A stretch of DNA of 64,000 nt from assembly GCA_036336855.1 (NCBI GenBank), contig JAYZFI010000031.1, positions 8,240 to 72,239 of the forward strand. Direction: 5' to 3'. Of this stretch, positions 30,858 to 41,257 are shown piece after piece. Source of the stretch: Candidatus Latescibacterota bacterium (GTDB lineage: Bacteria > Latescibacterota > UBA2968 > UBA8231). The notes below the pieces were generated by a model that was not told where the DNA came from, did not search any database, and worked only from the letters and a program-made list of their open reading frames with translations. Position 1 is the first letter of the stretch, and every line of letters starts with the position of its first letter. A program made the position numbers and the translations under genes.

Positions 30858-31344
30858 CATCGAGGCAACTAGCGTTTTAAGGAGACCGATCGTACCGGTC
30901 ACACGCAACTTTGCCGAGTCCCTTTCCCCCGCGCCGCACGCGGCGGCGCTCTTGAGAGAGCATCAGGCGGCGGAAGGAGAGACTCGAATCACAACATTAT
31001 GGGAGCGCCCCATGTGCGGGCCCCGGGCCGTGTCAATGCACGGCTTTGCTGACGGATCTTCTTTTCCCCCACTCGCCGCCCCGCCCTGTCACTTCGGCAT
31101 GTGACACCGCGACGACGAGCCGGGGAAGTTGCTGGGCAGTGGCACATCACGCACGCCGGGTTGGCACGAGAGCCCGACTACCGGCGACATGGTGAAGGCA
31201 CGACGATGTCGCCTCCACTCTTGGGGATCGCCTGGTCCCTCACCCAGTAGCGCTCGCCTGGGGGTTCTGCCCCCGGGGCAAGCCGTGATCCGTCCCATTC
31301 TCTTCCGCACCACTCTGCGCTCCCGGAAGGGGTAAATCCACTTC

Positions 31345-32877
31345 TTGCGTACTGAAATCTTCATCAACCAGGGCGTGAACGAGTCTCGCATCGCCATCGT
31401 CGAGGACAAGCAGCTCGCCGAGATCTGGATCGAGCGACCCGAGTCCGAGCGCATGGTGGGGGATATTTATAAAGGCGCGGTCACCGCCGTGCTCCCAAGT
31501 CTGCAAGCTGCCTTCGTCGAGATCGGTCTCGAGCGCACCGCATTCCTGCAGGTGCGTGACATGGTCAAAGCCGATACCGAGATGGAGGAGGGCGGCAACA
31601 GTCGCGGCAGCCGCAACGGTCGCCGTGGTCGCATCTTCCCGCCAATTCAGGATTTGCTCAAGAAAGGCCAGCAGCTGCTCGTGCAGATCGCCAAGGAGCC
31701 CATCGGCACCAAAGGCGCTCGTGTCACCACCCAACTAAGCCTGGCGGGCCGGTTCGTAGTGCTCACCCCCGGAAACGATTGGGTGGGGGTGTCGCGCAAG
31801 ATTGGCAGTTGGCAGGAACGCCGTCGACTGCGCGACACTGTCAGCAAGCTGCGTCCCGACGATTACTCCGCCATCGTGCGCACCGAAGGCCGCGGTAAGT
31901 CGGAGACGGAGTTCCGTCGCGACATGCGCGAGTTGACCAGAACTTTCCGCCACCTGAACCGCCGTGCCAAGCGCGCCAAGGCTCCAGCCCTCGTGCACGA
32001 GGAGATCGGCATGACCTCCAGTGTCATTCGCGATCTCTTCAATGATCGCGTCGATCGCCTCGTCGTCGATTCCCGCGAGCTCCATCGTGAGATCCTCGAC
32101 TACGTGAAGCAGGTCTCACCAGAGCTCAAGGACAGAGTGGAGTTCCACCGCGACAAGAAGCCAATTTTTGACGCCGTCCAGATTGAGAAGGAGATGGAGA
32201 AGGTGAACGAGCGCGAAGTGTGGATGCGCCGCGGTGGTTCCTTGGTCATCGACCACGCCGAAGCGGGCACCTTCATCGACGTGAACTCTTCGCGCAATGT
32301 GGGCACCAAGGACCAAGAGGAGAGCATTCTGCGCACCAACTTGGAGGCGGCACGGGAAGTGGCGCGCCAGCTGCGCCTACGCGACATCGGGGGTATCATC
32401 GTCATCGACTTCATCGACATGCACCAGGAGCGCAACCGGAAGAAACTCGTGGAGGCTCTTATCGAAGAGGTTAAGTGTGATCGTGCCAAGGTCAGCATCG
32501 GCCCCCAGATCTCCGAGTTCGGATTGGTGGAGATGACCCGTCAGCGGGTCAGGGCCAATCTGTTGCATACCCACTCCGAGCCCTGTACCACATGTAGTGG
32601 TACCGGTCGGGTGATGGGTCCTGACACGACAATCACCAAGATCGAACGCTGGCTACGCCGCGCCTACGCGGGCAATGGCGATCGCCGCCTGCGGCTGCGC
32701 GTCCATCCCGATGTGGCGGCTTATATGCGGGACGATTCCACGAACCGACTCAAGGCGATGCGCAAAGCGACCCGGGCCCGTTTGGAGATCGTCGAGGACA
32801 GCTCCCTGACCACTCAGGACTACCGCTTCATCTCCATCAAACGCGATCTCGACGTCACGGCCGAGTATCGAAACTGA
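31345..32877 (+). CDS. rng: Ribonuclease G/E family endoribonuclease (Rne/Rng)
   Basis: 510 aa, TTG start. N-terminal S1 domain (GDIYKGAVTAVLPSLQAAFVEIG), DNase I-like core LRDIGGIIVIDFIDM, and a Zn-link-like CTTCSGTG. Confidence 0.9.
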   Translation: MRTEIFINQGVNESRIAIVEDKQLAEIWIERPESERMVGDIYKGAVTAVLPSLQAAFVEIGLERTAFLQVRDMVKADTEMEEGGNSRGSRNGRRGRIFPPIQDLLKKGQQLLVQIAKEPIGTKGARVTTQLSLAGRFVVLTPGNDWVGVSRKIGSWQERRRLRDTVSKLRPDDYSAIVRTEGRGKSETEFRRDMRELTRTFRHLNRRAKRAKAPALVHEEIGMTSSVIRDLFNDRVDRLVVDSRELHREILDYVKQVSPELKDRVEFHRDKKPIFDAVQIEKEMEKVNEREVWMRRGGSLVIDHAEAGTFIDVNSSRNVGTKDQEESILRTNLEAAREVARQLRLRDIGGIIVIDFIDMHQERNRKKLVEALIEEVKCDRAKVSIGPQISEFGLVEMTRQRVRANLLHTHSEPCTTCSGTGRVMGPDTTITKIERWLRRAYAGNGDRRLRLRVHPDVAAYMRDDSTNRLKAMRKATRARLEIVEDSSLTTQDYRFISIKRDLDVTAEYRN

Positions 32878-32896
32878 GCCCACCACGCTGTGTTCA

Positions 32897-32925
32897 TTGA
32901 CAGATTTCCTGACAGGGGATAGCTT
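32897..32925 (+). promoter_or_regulatory. Candidate sigma-70-type promoter for rplU-rpmA
   Basis: TTGACA (32897-32902)-N17-TAGCTT (32920-32925), 52 nt upstream of the rplU ATG. Same hexamers as the rpmH candidate. Confidence 0.45.
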
Positions 32926-32976
32926 TGGAGACTCGTTGCCGCACGCCTTAATCCCGATTCAGCAAGCGGAATTTCC

Positions 32977-33291
32977 ATGTACGCTGTCGTCAAAGTTGCC
33001 GGCCACCAGTTCAGAGTTCAGGAGGGGGACAAGGTCCACGTTCCCCGGCTCGCGCTCGAGGAAGGGGCTAAGCATCGGATCGACGACGTCCTGCTGGTGG
33101 GATCGGAGGCGGGCATCCAGTTGGGAACCCCGAAGGTCCAAGGGGCTGCAGTGGATGTTACCGTCGTCGGACATGGCCGGGGAGATAAGGTGATCGTATT
33201 CAAGATGAAGCGCCGCAAGAATTACCGTCGGCGCAAAGGTCACCGCCAGGATTACACTCAGCTTCAGATCGACGGCATCGTCAATAACTAA
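32977..33291 (+). CDS. rplU: 50S ribosomal protein L21
   Basis: 104 aa. [18 protein letters not shown]... is a typical L21 N-terminus, and [14 protein letters not shown] follows. Confidence 0.95.
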   Translation: MYAVVKVAGHQFRVQEGDKVHVPRLALEEGAKHRIDDVLLVGSEAGIQLGTPKVQGAAVDVTVVGHGRGDKVIVFKMKRRKNYRRRKGHRQDYTQLQIDGIVNN

Positions 33292-33317
33292 TCCGACTTC
33301 CGGACGGAAGGGTCACC

Positions 33318-33578
33318 ATGGCACACAAGAAAGGCGTCGGCAGCTCTCGCAACGGTCGCGACAGCCAGTCAAAGCGGCTTGGCGTCAAGCGCTACGGCGG
33401 CCAGTACGTGAAGGCAGGAACGATTATCGTTCGTCAGCGCGGTACCCGCATTCACCCTGGTGTCAACGTCCGCAAGGGAGGCGATGACACGCTGTTCGCC
33501 ATTGCCGAAGGTTGCGTGATCTTCGAGACTGCTGGCCGCAATCGCAAGCGGGTTCGTATCGAGCCGGTAGCCGCCTAA
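33318..33578 (+). CDS. rpmA: 50S ribosomal protein L27
   Basis: 86 aa. [29 protein letters not shown] is the canonical L27 N-terminus. Confidence 0.96.
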   Translation: MAHKKGVGSSRNGRDSQSKRLGVKRYGGQYVKAGTIIVRQRGTRIHPGVNVRKGGDDTLFAIAEGCVIFETAGRNRKRVRIEPVAA

Positions 33579-33602
33579 CGACCTCTCGTCTCAAGCGTTC
33601 AC

Positions 33603-33635
33603 CCGGTCTCCCGACATGGGTGGGCGGCTTTTTTT
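33603..33635 (+). terminator. Candidate intrinsic terminator after rpmA
   Basis: Imperfect 10-bp stem CCGGTCTCCC / GGGTGGGCGG (8 pairs including one G-U, 2 mismatches), 5-nt loop, then C + TTTTTTT (33629-33635). Confidence 0.55.
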
Positions 33636-33684
33636 GTATAAGACGGGTTTCGCGGGCCCTTTGGGAGGCGTGTCGCATACAAGA

Positions 33685-33714
33685 TTGATGCCTTTAGTGG
33701 CCCTCACCTATTAT
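33685..33714 (+). promoter_or_regulatory. Candidate promoter for frdABCD
   Basis: TTGATG (33685-33690)-N18-TATTAT (33709-33714), about 115 nt upstream of the frdA ATG. Confidence 0.35.
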
Positions 33715-33827
33715 TTCACTCGCGGTGATGTCTACCACAATGGCACCTTCGCGGGTGGCGGTCTCGCCACTGTTCGCGTCCCGGCCCGGCATCACGGCTC
33801 CTCCATTCGAACACCGACCTGTTCCTA

Positions 33828-35549
33828 ATGATGAATATCCCTACACACGACGTTCTCATCGTCGGCGGCGGCGGCGCCGGGTTGCGCGCTGCCGTTGCCG
33901 CCGTCGAATCTGATCCTAGCCTCGATGTTGGTCTGATCTCCAAGGTCTATCCCATGCGCAGCCACACTGTTTCCGCCGAGGGGGGAGCGGCAGCGGTGAT
34001 GCGCGACGACGACAGCCTCGATTCCCACGCCTTCGACACCATCAAGGGCAGCGACTTCCTTGCCGATCAGGATGTGGTGGAAGCCTTCGTCGAAGAGGCA
34101 CCCCGCGAATTGATCCAGCTTGAGCACTGGGGTTGCCCTTGGAGCCGCGAGCCCGACGGCCGCATCAGCGTGCGCGCTTTTGGCGGCATGAGCACCAAGC
34201 GTACTTGTTACGCTGCTGACAAAACCGGCTTCCACATGCTGCACGCGCTGTTCCAGAATTCCTTGCGCTACGATCGCATCCATCGCTATGACGAGTGGTT
34301 CGTCACCTCTCTATTGCAGGACGAAGGACGGGTCGCCGGCGTCGCCGCCCTGAACCTGCTCGAGGGCGGCATTCACGCCATTCCCGCCAAGGCAGTGATC
34401 CTGTGTACGGGCGGAGGAGGCCGCGTCTTCCCCTTCACTACCAACGCGGCCATCAAGACCGGCGACGGCATGTCCATGGCCTACCGCGCCGGTTGCCCCC
34501 TGAAGGACATGGAGTTCGTCCAGTACCATCCGACCGGTTTGCCAGGTACCGGGATTCTGATGACGGAGGCCTCTCGAGGTGAGGGCGGCCACATGATCAA
34601 CAGCAAGGGAGAGCGTTACTTGTCGGAATACGTGCCCGGGAAGATGGAGCTGGGCCCCCGCGACATCCTCTCCCGTGCTTTCATCCACGAGCGTAGCGCC
34701 GGCCGCGTCTTTCAAGACGAGGACGGTGAATTCGTCCACCTCGATCTGCGGCATCTTGGCGAGAAGACGATCGACGAGAAATTGCCTTTCGTGCGCGAGC
34801 TCACCCGCAACTACGTAGGCATCGATCCCGTGTACGAGCCGATTCCGGTACGTCCAGTCGTGCACTATATGATGGGTGGGGTGCACACTAACATCAACGG
34901 GGCAACGCCGATACCCGGGCTGTTCGCTGCCGGCGAGACAGCGTGTATAAGCCTCAACGGCGCTAACCGTTTGGGCTCGAACTCGCTAACCGAATGTCTC
35001 GTTTTTGGTGCTCGCGCCGGCCTAGCAGCGGTGGCCCACGCATCCAAGCAAAAGAAACCCCTGGTCCGCGCTTTGGAGGCCTTGGCCCGAGACGAAGAGG
35101 AGCACATCGAATCGACGCTGTTGTCCACCGATGCCAACCGCACCGAGCGGGTCTCTGATATTCGCACCGAGCTGCAGAAGACAATGGAGGACGGGGCCGG
35201 CATCTACCGCACCTCTGAAGAGCTGACCAAAGCCTGCGAGCGTATCACCAAACTACGCGAGCGCTATCAGCGAGTCCGCATCGACGACCACTCATCGGTC
35301 TTCAATACCCAGTTAACCGCTGCACTTGAACTCGGGTGCATGCTTGACGTGGCCGAATCGTTAGCGCATTCGGCGCGGCTACGCGAGGAGTCGCGAGGTT
35401 CACACGCGCGCTCCGATTTCGAAGCGCGCGATGACGAGCACTTCCTACAGCATTCCCTCGCCTATCACGTCGGCGAAGGTGCTGATCCTCGCATCGAGTA
35501 CCTCCCCGCCACCATCACTCGTTGGCAACCGGAGGAGCGCACATACTGA
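33828..35549 (+). CDS. frdA: Fumarate reductase flavoprotein subunit (E. coli FrdA type)
   Basis: 573 aa. [32 protein letters not shown] (covalent-FAD His region nearly identical to E. coli Frd[18 protein letters not shown]), [24 protein letters not shown]. Confidence 0.9.
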   Translation: MMNIPTHDVLIVGGGGAGLRAAVAAVESDPSLDVGLISKVYPMRSHTVSAEGGAAAVMRDDDSLDSHAFDTIKGSDFLADQDVVEAFVEEAPRELIQLEHWGCPWSREPDGRISVRAFGGMSTKRTCYAADKTGFHMLHALFQNSLRYDRIHRYDEWFVTSLLQDEGRVAGVAALNLLEGGIHAIPAKAVILCTGGGGRVFPFTTNAAIKTGDGMSMAYRAGCPLKDMEFVQYHPTGLPGTGILMTEASRGEGGHMINSKGERYLSEYVPGKMELGPRDILSRAFIHERSAGRVFQDEDGEFVHLDLRHLGEKTIDEKLPFVRELTRNYVGIDPVYEPIPVRPVVHYMMGGVHTNINGATPIPGLFAAGETACISLNGANRLGSNSLTECLVFGARAGLAAVAHASKQKKPLVRALEALARDEEEHIESTLLSTDANRTERVSDIRTELQKTMEDGAGIYRTSEELTKACERITKLRERYQRVRIDDHSSVFNTQLTAALELGCMLDVAESLAHSARLREESRGSHARSDFEARDDEHFLQHSLAYHVGEGADPRIEYLPATITRWQPEERTY

Positions 35550-35554
35550 CGACG

Positions 35555-36301
35555 ATGACAGACAACACGATCACTTTGTCGGTGGCTCGCTACCGACCAG
35601 AACAGGACAGCGAGCCCCATTTTCAGGACTACGAGATTCCCTACCGGGAAGACTGGGTCGTACTCGACGCCCTCAACTACATCAAGGACTACGTCGACGA
35701 CTCCGTCACCTACCGCTGGTCCTGCCGGATGGGGGTGTGCGGAAGCTGCGGCACCATGGTCAACGGCGAACCCAAACTCACGTGCGCCACGTTCCTACGC
35801 GAATATTATCCGAACCCTGTTCGTGTCGAGCCCCTCAACAACTTCGGCGTGGTTCGTGATCTGGTCGTCGATCTCGACGACTTCATGGCCAAGCTTACGG
35901 CAGTGAAGCCCTACATTGTGCGCGACGACGAGAAGCCGGTGGAAGAGGGAGAGTACCGCCAAACTCCCGAGGAGCTGGCCGAGTACAAGCAGTTCAGTCT
36001 CTGCATTAACTGCATGCTGTGCTATTCTGCCTGCCCGGTGTACGGTCTTGAAGGCGGTTTCATCGGACCAGCGGCCCTGGCCTTGGCCCATCGTTACAAT
36101 CTTGACAGCCGCGACAAGGGCAACGACGAGCGAGCCCACGTCATTGCCTCTAGCGAAGGAATCTGGGAGTGCACTTTCGTCGGCGAGTGTTCGGTGGTCT
36201 GTCCCAAGAACGTGGACCCGGCGGCGGCAATTCAGCGCACCAAGGTGGCCACCACCCAGAGCTGGTTCAAATCCATCCTCATGCCGTGGGCGGGGCGTTG
36301 A
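35555..36301 (+). CDS. frdB: Fumarate reductase iron-sulfur subunit
   Basis: Trimmed to the ATG at 35555 ([18 protein letters not shown]...). The 2Fe-2S cluster motif is [10 protein letters not shown]...C. The 4Fe-4S/3Fe-4S motifs are [12 protein letters not shown] and [12 protein letters not shown]. Confidence 0.9.
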   Translation: MTDNTITLSVARYRPEQDSEPHFQDYEIPYREDWVVLDALNYIKDYVDDSVTYRWSCRMGVCGSCGTMVNGEPKLTCATFLREYYPNPVRVEPLNNFGVVRDLVVDLDDFMAKLTAVKPYIVRDDEKPVEEGEYRQTPEELAEYKQFSLCINCMLCYSACPVYGLEGGFIGPAALALAHRYNLDSRDKGNDERAHVIASSEGIWECTFVGECSVVCPKNVDPAAAIQRTKVATTQSWFKSILMPWAGR

Positions 36302-36303
36302 CC

Positions 36304-36714
36304 ATGGAACGGCACGACCAGAGCCAGGGCCCGAAAATCCATCGCCCGGAGATGTCGCCCACTTGGTGGCTGAAGAAGCGCAGTTATTTCCTGTTCATGA
36401 TGCGCGAGCTGTCGAGCGTGTTTGTTGCCGCCTTCGCCCTGTTACTGCTATACGAACTCTTTCTGCTGTCCAAGGGTCCGGAAGTCTACGGGCTGTTTCA
36501 GGAGTCGCTGAGACGCCCCGGATTTATACTGTTCTACGTCGTGGCCTTCGTGTTCTCCGTGTACCACACCGTGACCTGGTTTCAGGCAGCGGCCAAGATT
36601 CAGGTGGTCAAGCTGGGATCGTGGACCATGCCTGGGTGGATGATGACCGCCGGGGCCTTGGTGGCCTGGGCGATTCTCTCCGGTGCCATTGCTGGCTACT
36701 TCCTCGCCGCTTGA
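36304..36714 (+). CDS. frdC: Fumarate reductase membrane anchor subunit C
   Basis: Trimmed to the ATG at 36304 (MERHDQSQ...). MSPTWWLKKRSYFLFMMRELSSVF parallels E. coli FrdC [23 protein letters not shown]. About 136 aa with 3 TM. Confidence 0.8.
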   Translation: MERHDQSQGPKIHRPEMSPTWWLKKRSYFLFMMRELSSVFVAAFALLLLYELFLLSKGPEVYGLFQESLRRPGFILFYVVAFVFSVYHTVTWFQAAAKIQVVKLGSWTMPGWMMTAGALVAWAILSGAIAGYFLAA

Positions 36715-36727
36715 AGGGAGGACGAAG

Positions 36728-37090
36728 ATGAACTACAAGAAGGACACTACAGAGCCCTTCTGGTGGGGCATGTTCTCGGCGGGGGGTGTGGTTGCGGCCC
36801 TGTTTATCCCCATTCACATTTTCATCGACGGCCTCGCTGTACCGCTTGGGCTCATGGACGGCAGACAGGTGGGCTTCGAGCGTATGCATGCCCTCGTTGC
36901 CCACCCGGCGCTGAAGGTCTATCTCTTCGTCCTCATCGTTATGCCCCTCTACCACGCAGCGCACCGGATCCGGTTTTCGCTGTACGAGCTGGGCATGCGC
37001 GAGTTCCGCATTTCCATGGGCGTACTTTGCTACGGGGGAGCCCTGGCGGCGACCGCGGGTGCCACCTATGTACTGATGAAAGTCCTGTGA
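36728..37090 (+). CDS. frdD: Fumarate reductase membrane anchor subunit D
   Basis: Trimmed to the ATG at 36728 (MNYKKDTTEPFWWGMFSAGGVVAA...), which parallels E. coli FrdD SDEPVFWGLFGAGGMWSA. About 120 aa with 3 TM. Confidence 0.8.
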   Translation: MNYKKDTTEPFWWGMFSAGGVVAALFIPIHIFIDGLAVPLGLMDGRQVGFERMHALVAHPALKVYLFVLIVMPLYHAAHRIRFSLYELGMREFRISMGVLCYGGALAATAGATYVLMKVL

Positions 37091-37590
37091 GCGAATTCGA
37101 GTTAAAGGCGCTGTCGGCAGACGGCATCACCCACGCTCTGGACCGGGTGGAGCGCTACCGGCTGATGAACCAGCCGAGAGTGGCCGAGTCGATCTGCCGG
37201 GACATCCTGGCGGTAGATGCCGGCAACCATCAGGCCAAGGTGCAGCTGATCCTGGCGCTGACGGATCAGTTCGAGGGCCATGCCGGCCCCGGTTTGCAGC
37301 GGCTGTTGACGCTGACCGAGGAGTTGGCTGAGGACTATGACAAGGCCTACTACTCGGGGATTGTGTACGAGCGCGAAGCCAAGGCGCGGCTGCGTCGCGA
37401 GTACCCTGGCGCTAAGTTTGACGCCTATGAGCACCTGCGCACTGCAATGGAGCTCTACGAGCGTGCCGACTCCCTGCACGCCACCGGAAACGAAGATGCT
37501 CGCCTACACTATAACACCTGTATCCGAGTCATCGAGGACCAGAGCTTGCACGCTCGCCCCGACGACGACGCCGAGCCCGCCTTCGACTAG
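37087..37590 (+). CDS. Hypothetical helical protein translationally coupled to frdD
   Basis: GTG at 37087 overlaps the frdD TGA (GTGA), in the same frame as the 3' part of track ORF 36763..37590. 167 aa, starting VSEFELKALSADGITHALDRVERYRLMNQ... No family recognised by eye; predicted all-alpha. Confidence 0.55.
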   Translation: MSEFELKALSADGITHALDRVERYRLMNQPRVAESICRDILAVDAGNHQAKVQLILALTDQFEGHAGPGLQRLLTLTEELAEDYDKAYYSGIVYEREAKARLRREYPGAKFDAYEHLRTAMELYERADSLHATGNEDARLHYNTCIRVIEDQSLHARPDDDAEPAFD

Positions 37591-37676
37591 GGTTGTGGTG
37601 GTGGGCAGAACGAAAGCGGCCGGACTCCTCACGCAGTGCCGGCCGTTGGACGTTCTGGATGGCCGAGTCGATCACC

Positions 37677-38450
37677 TCATTCGCTGGTCACCAGCGCGCT
37701 CAGGCTCGAACGGCTCACCACGCTGCGCAGGTACTCGCGATTAAGAAAGGCAATGTTGTCGGCAGAGATCTCCTTCGGACACACGGCTTGGCACTCGTAC
37801 TCGTTGGTGCAATGTCCGAAACCTTTGTCGTCCATGACTTTGAGCATGGCCAGGGTGCGCTCGCGACGTTCGGGCTGCCCCTGGGGTAGAATGTTGAGGT
37901 GTTTCACCTTGGCCGACACGAAGAGCATGGCCGACGCGTTCTTGCAAGCCGCCACACAGGCTCCGCAACCGATGCATGCGGCGGCGTCGAAGGCCTCCTC
38001 CGTCTTGTCCTGGGAGATGAGCATGGCGTTGGCATCAGCGGCCGAACCGGTGTTCACCGAGTTGTAACCGCCGGCGCAGATAATGCGGTCGAAGGCGGAG
38101 CGGTCGACGACAAGGTCGCGCACCACAGGGAAGGCCCGGGCCCGCCAGGGCTCGATGGTGATGGTGTTGCCGTCGGCAAAGGAGCGCATGTAGAGCTGAC
38201 AGGTGGCAGTGCCGCTGCCGGGACCGTGGGGGATGCCGTTGATGACGAGCCCGCACATGCCGCAGATGCCCTCGCGGCAATCGGAATCGAAGGCAAAAGG
38301 CTCTTCCCCGCGCCGCATGAGGTCCTCGTTGAGCACGTCGAGCATCTCCAAGAAGGACATCTCCGGGATGATGCGCTCCGCCTGATAATTCTCGAAGCGA
38401 CCGGTCTGCCCGGGTCCTGCCTGCCGCCAGACCCGGATCGTCAGCCTCAT
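37677..38450 (-). CDS. sdhB: Succinate dehydrogenase/fumarate reductase iron-sulfur subunit (type B enzyme)
   Basis: Trimmed to the ATG at 38450 ([23 protein letters not shown]...); the 134-aa upstream extension is Arg-rich junk. Cys clusters [34 protein letters not shown]. Confidence 0.9.
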   Translation of the reverse strand: MRLTIRVWRQAGPGQTGRFENYQAERIIPEMSFLEMLDVLNEDLMRRGEEPFAFDSDCREGICGMCGLVINGIPHGPGSGTATCQLYMRSFADGNTITIEPWRARAFPVVRDLVVDRSAFDRIICAGGYNSVNTGSAADANAMLISQDKTEEAFDAAACIGCGACVAACKNASAMLFVSAKVKHLNILPQGQPERRERTLAMLKVMDDKGFGHCTNEYECQAVCPKEISADNIAFLNREYLRSVVSRSSLSALVTSE

Positions 38451-38545
38451 GTAGTCGGTGCGGCGGCGCTCGGCAGTGCCCTCCCCGCCTCCGGAGGAGG
38501 TCGCGGGGCGGATACCGTTGTCGTCGGGATGGCGCAGGCGATTTC

Positions 38546-40459
38546 TCACTTGTAGCTCCTCTGCGTGAGGGCGACATTCTCGAAAATCAAGGGCTCCTTG
38601 TGCAGCGTCGGATCTTTGCCGACCCCCGTGAACTCCCAGGCTGAGACGTGGGCGAAGTTCTCGTCGTCGCGCATGGCTTCGCCCTCGGAAGTTTGATGCT
38701 CCTCGCGGAAGTGGCCGCCGCAGGATTCGTTGCGTTTCAGGGCGTCGAAGATCATGGTCTCGGCGAACTCCATGAAGTCGGCGATCCGGCCGGCGCGCTC
38801 GAGGACCTGATTGAACTCTCCTGCTGTGCCGGTGACCGTTACGTTTTCCCAAAAATCGGAGCGAATTTCCTTGACCCGCTCACAAGCCTGTTGCAGGCCC
38901 GAGGCGTTGCGTGCCATGCCGCAGTGGTCCCACAGCACCAGGCCCAACTCGCGGTGGAAGTCGTCTACCGTGCGCCTGCCGCGCACGTCAAGCAAGCGTT
39001 GCAGCCGGTGCCGCGCTTCGGTCACGGTGTCCTTGAACTCCCTGCCCGTAACATCGGCGTCACCGAGCTGGGTGCCGGCTAGGTAGCCGCCGATTGTGTA
39101 GGGAATGACAAAATAGCCGTCGGCCAGTCCCTGCATGAGGGCAGAGGCGCCAAGCCGGTTGGCGCCGTGATCGGAGAAGTTGGCTTCGCCGAGTACGAAC
39201 AGACCGGGGATGTTGCTCATCAGATTGTAATCCACCCACAAGCCTCCCATGGTGTAGTGGACGGCGGGGTAGATGCGCATGGGAGTGGCGTAAGGGTTTT
39301 CGTCTGTGATCTCCTCGTACATCTGGAACAGGTTGCCATACTTCTGATGGATCATCTGCTCGCCATCCCGCGCAATGGCGTCGGCGAAGTCGAGGTACAC
39401 GGCTCGACCGCTACCACCGACACCACGGCTCTCGTCGCAGACCGCCTTGGCCGCGCGCGAGGCGACGTCGCGCGGCACCAGGTTGCCGAAGCTTGGGTAG
39501 CGACGCTCGAGGTAGTAGTCGCGCTCGCTGTCCGGAATTTCGCTAGGCGGGCGGGTGTCGCCGGTCTGGGTCGGAACCCAAACGCGCCCGTCGTTTCGGA
39601 GGCTTTCGCTCATTAGGGTGAGCTTGGCCTGGTAGGAGCCACCGACGGGAATGCAGGTGGGATGGATCTGAGTGAAGCAGGGGTTGGCAAACAGGGCGCC
39701 GCGCCGATGCGCGCGCCAGGTGGCGGTGACGTTGCACGCCTTAGCGTTGGTGGACAGGTAGAAGGCGTTGCCGTAGCCACCGGTGCACAGCAGCACGGCA
39801 TCGGCAGCCCATGAGCGGATTTCGCCGCTGACGAGATTGCGGGTGACGATGCCGCGGGCGCGGCCGTCAACAAGGACGAGATCGAGCATCTCGTGGCGTG
39901 GATAGAGTTGCACTCGACCGGTCTGCACCTGACGCATGAGGGCGCCGTAGGCGCCGAGCAACAGTTGTTGGCCGGTCTGGCCGCGGGCGTAGAACGTGCG
40001 CGAAACTTGGGCGCCTCCGAAAGAGCGATTGGCCAAGGTGCCTCCGTACTCGCGGGCGAAGGGCACGCCCTGGGCAACGCACTGATCGATGATGTTGCGC
40101 GACACCATGGCCAGGCGGTGGACGTTGGCCTCACGAGCGCGGTAATCCCCGCCTTTGATGGTATCGTAGAACAGCCTGAACGCACTGTCGCCGTCGTTCT
40201 GGTAGTTCTTGGCGGCGTTGATGCCCCCTTGAGCGGCGATAGAGTGGGCCCGCCGAGGCGAGTCCTGAATGCAAAAGGACTTCACATTATAGCCGAGCTC
40301 GGCTAGGGTCGCCGCTGCCGAGGCGCCCGCTAGGCCGGTGCCGACGACAATGAGGTTGTGCCTCCGCTTGTTGGCGGGGTTAACGAGCTTGAGCTCGAAG
40401 CGATGGCGGTCCCACTTCTCTGCTAACGGTCCGCCGGGGACATGTCCGTCGAGAGCCAT
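38546..40459 (-). CDS. sdhA: Succinate dehydrogenase/fumarate reductase flavoprotein subunit (type B enzyme)
   Basis: Trimmed to the ATG at 40459 ([33 protein letters not shown]...[13 protein letters not shown]). [14 protein letters not shown] (FAD-His region), [16 protein letters not shown]. The N-terminus is typical of Bacillus/Bacteroides-type enzymes. Confidence 0.9.
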   Translation of the reverse strand: MALDGHVPGGPLAEKWDRHRFELKLVNPANKRRHNLIVVGTGLAGASAAATLAELGYNVKSFCIQDSPRRAHSIAAQGGINAAKNYQNDGDSAFRLFYDTIKGGDYRAREANVHRLAMVSRNIIDQCVAQGVPFAREYGGTLANRSFGGAQVSRTFYARGQTGQQLLLGAYGALMRQVQTGRVQLYPRHEMLDLVLVDGRARGIVTRNLVSGEIRSWAADAVLLCTGGYGNAFYLSTNAKACNVTATWRAHRRGALFANPCFTQIHPTCIPVGGSYQAKLTLMSESLRNDGRVWVPTQTGDTRPPSEIPDSERDYYLERRYPSFGNLVPRDVASRAAKAVCDESRGVGGSGRAVYLDFADAIARDGEQMIHQKYGNLFQMYEEITDENPYATPMRIYPAVHYTMGGLWVDYNLMSNIPGLFVLGEANFSDHGANRLGASALMQGLADGYFVIPYTIGGYLAGTQLGDADVTGREFKDTVTEARHRLQRLLDVRGRRTVDDFHRELGLVLWDHCGMARNASGLQQACERVKEIRSDFWENVTVTGTAGEFNQVLERAGRIADFMEFAETMIFDALKRNESCGGHFREEHQTSEGEAMRDDENFAHVSAWEFTGVGKDPTLHKEPLIFENVALTQRSYK

Positions 40460-40466
40460 TGGTCCT

Positions 40467-41102
40467 CTATCGCAGGAAGAAGATGCCGGCGGGAATGACC
40501 GCAAAACCGCCGGCGATGAGGAAGCAAAGCAGGATAGACAGTTGATGCAGCCGGCGCCGACCGGACACGCCCAGAGTCTGGAAGGCGCTGCCCAGCGCGT
40601 GCCACAAATGGAATCCAAGCAGAGCCATGACGGCAACGTAACCTCCCGCCCACATCGCGTCCGAGAACGTGGTAAGCACCAGATTGTAGAGGGTGCCGTC
40701 ACCGCGATCGCCGAATTTAAAGGCGCGGATATGGACGATCAGGAAGCCGAAGATGACCAGGCCGGACCAGATCATGGTACGCGACGCCAACGAGCGATTC
40801 CCTGTGGATACGTTGCGATCGTAGCCATGCGGCCGGGCGCGCCGGGCGTCGTGGGAGAGCGATACGGCCAGATAGACGTGCAACGCAAAGATAGCGATGA
40901 GGCCGATCTCGGCGAAGATCACCAGCTGCGGTCGCGAGGCGAGAAAGTTGGCGTACTCATTGAAAGCGACGCCGTCATCGGGCTTGAGCAGCAGCAGGTT
41001 GCCAGCTAAATGGCCAACGAGAAAGCCGTAGAGGAGGAGGCCGGTAGCGGCCATCCCCACCTTCTTGCCGATGGACGATGTCAGCACTGCGGGTCGACTC
41101 AT
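40467..41102 (-). CDS. sdhC: Succinate dehydrogenase cytochrome b subunit (single diheme anchor, b558 type)
   Basis: 211 aa, about 5 TM, with conserved His in TM helices ([25 protein letters not shown]). First gene of the sdhCAB order. Confidence 0.8.
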   Translation of the reverse strand: MSRPAVLTSSIGKKVGMAATGLLLYGFLVGHLAGNLLLLKPDDGVAFNEYANFLASRPQLVIFAEIGLIAIFALHVYLAVSLSHDARRARPHGYDRNVSTGNRSLASRTMIWSGLVIFGFLIVHIRAFKFGDRGDGTLYNLVLTTFSDAMWAGGYVAVMALLGFHLWHALGSAFQTLGVSGRRRLHQLSILLCFLIAGGFAVIPAGIFFLR

Positions 41103-41257
41103 CGATTTTTCGTCGAGATCCGTAAACAGGCGGGAGAAGATCGAGTCGCGGGCACCCGAATATGCCCAGAACCAGACCCAGGCGCAATTGGATCGTCTTG
41201 TCGAGAATCAGGCCGGTTCGTACCATCTGCGGCCCCTTAGATAAGCGACAGAACCCT

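Noticed and set aside
36763-37086. Upstream 108 codons of track ORF 36763..37590
   Set aside because: This part overlaps frdD in another frame and translates to Arg/Pro/Gly-rich sequence. Only the portion from the GTG at 37087 was kept as a gene call.
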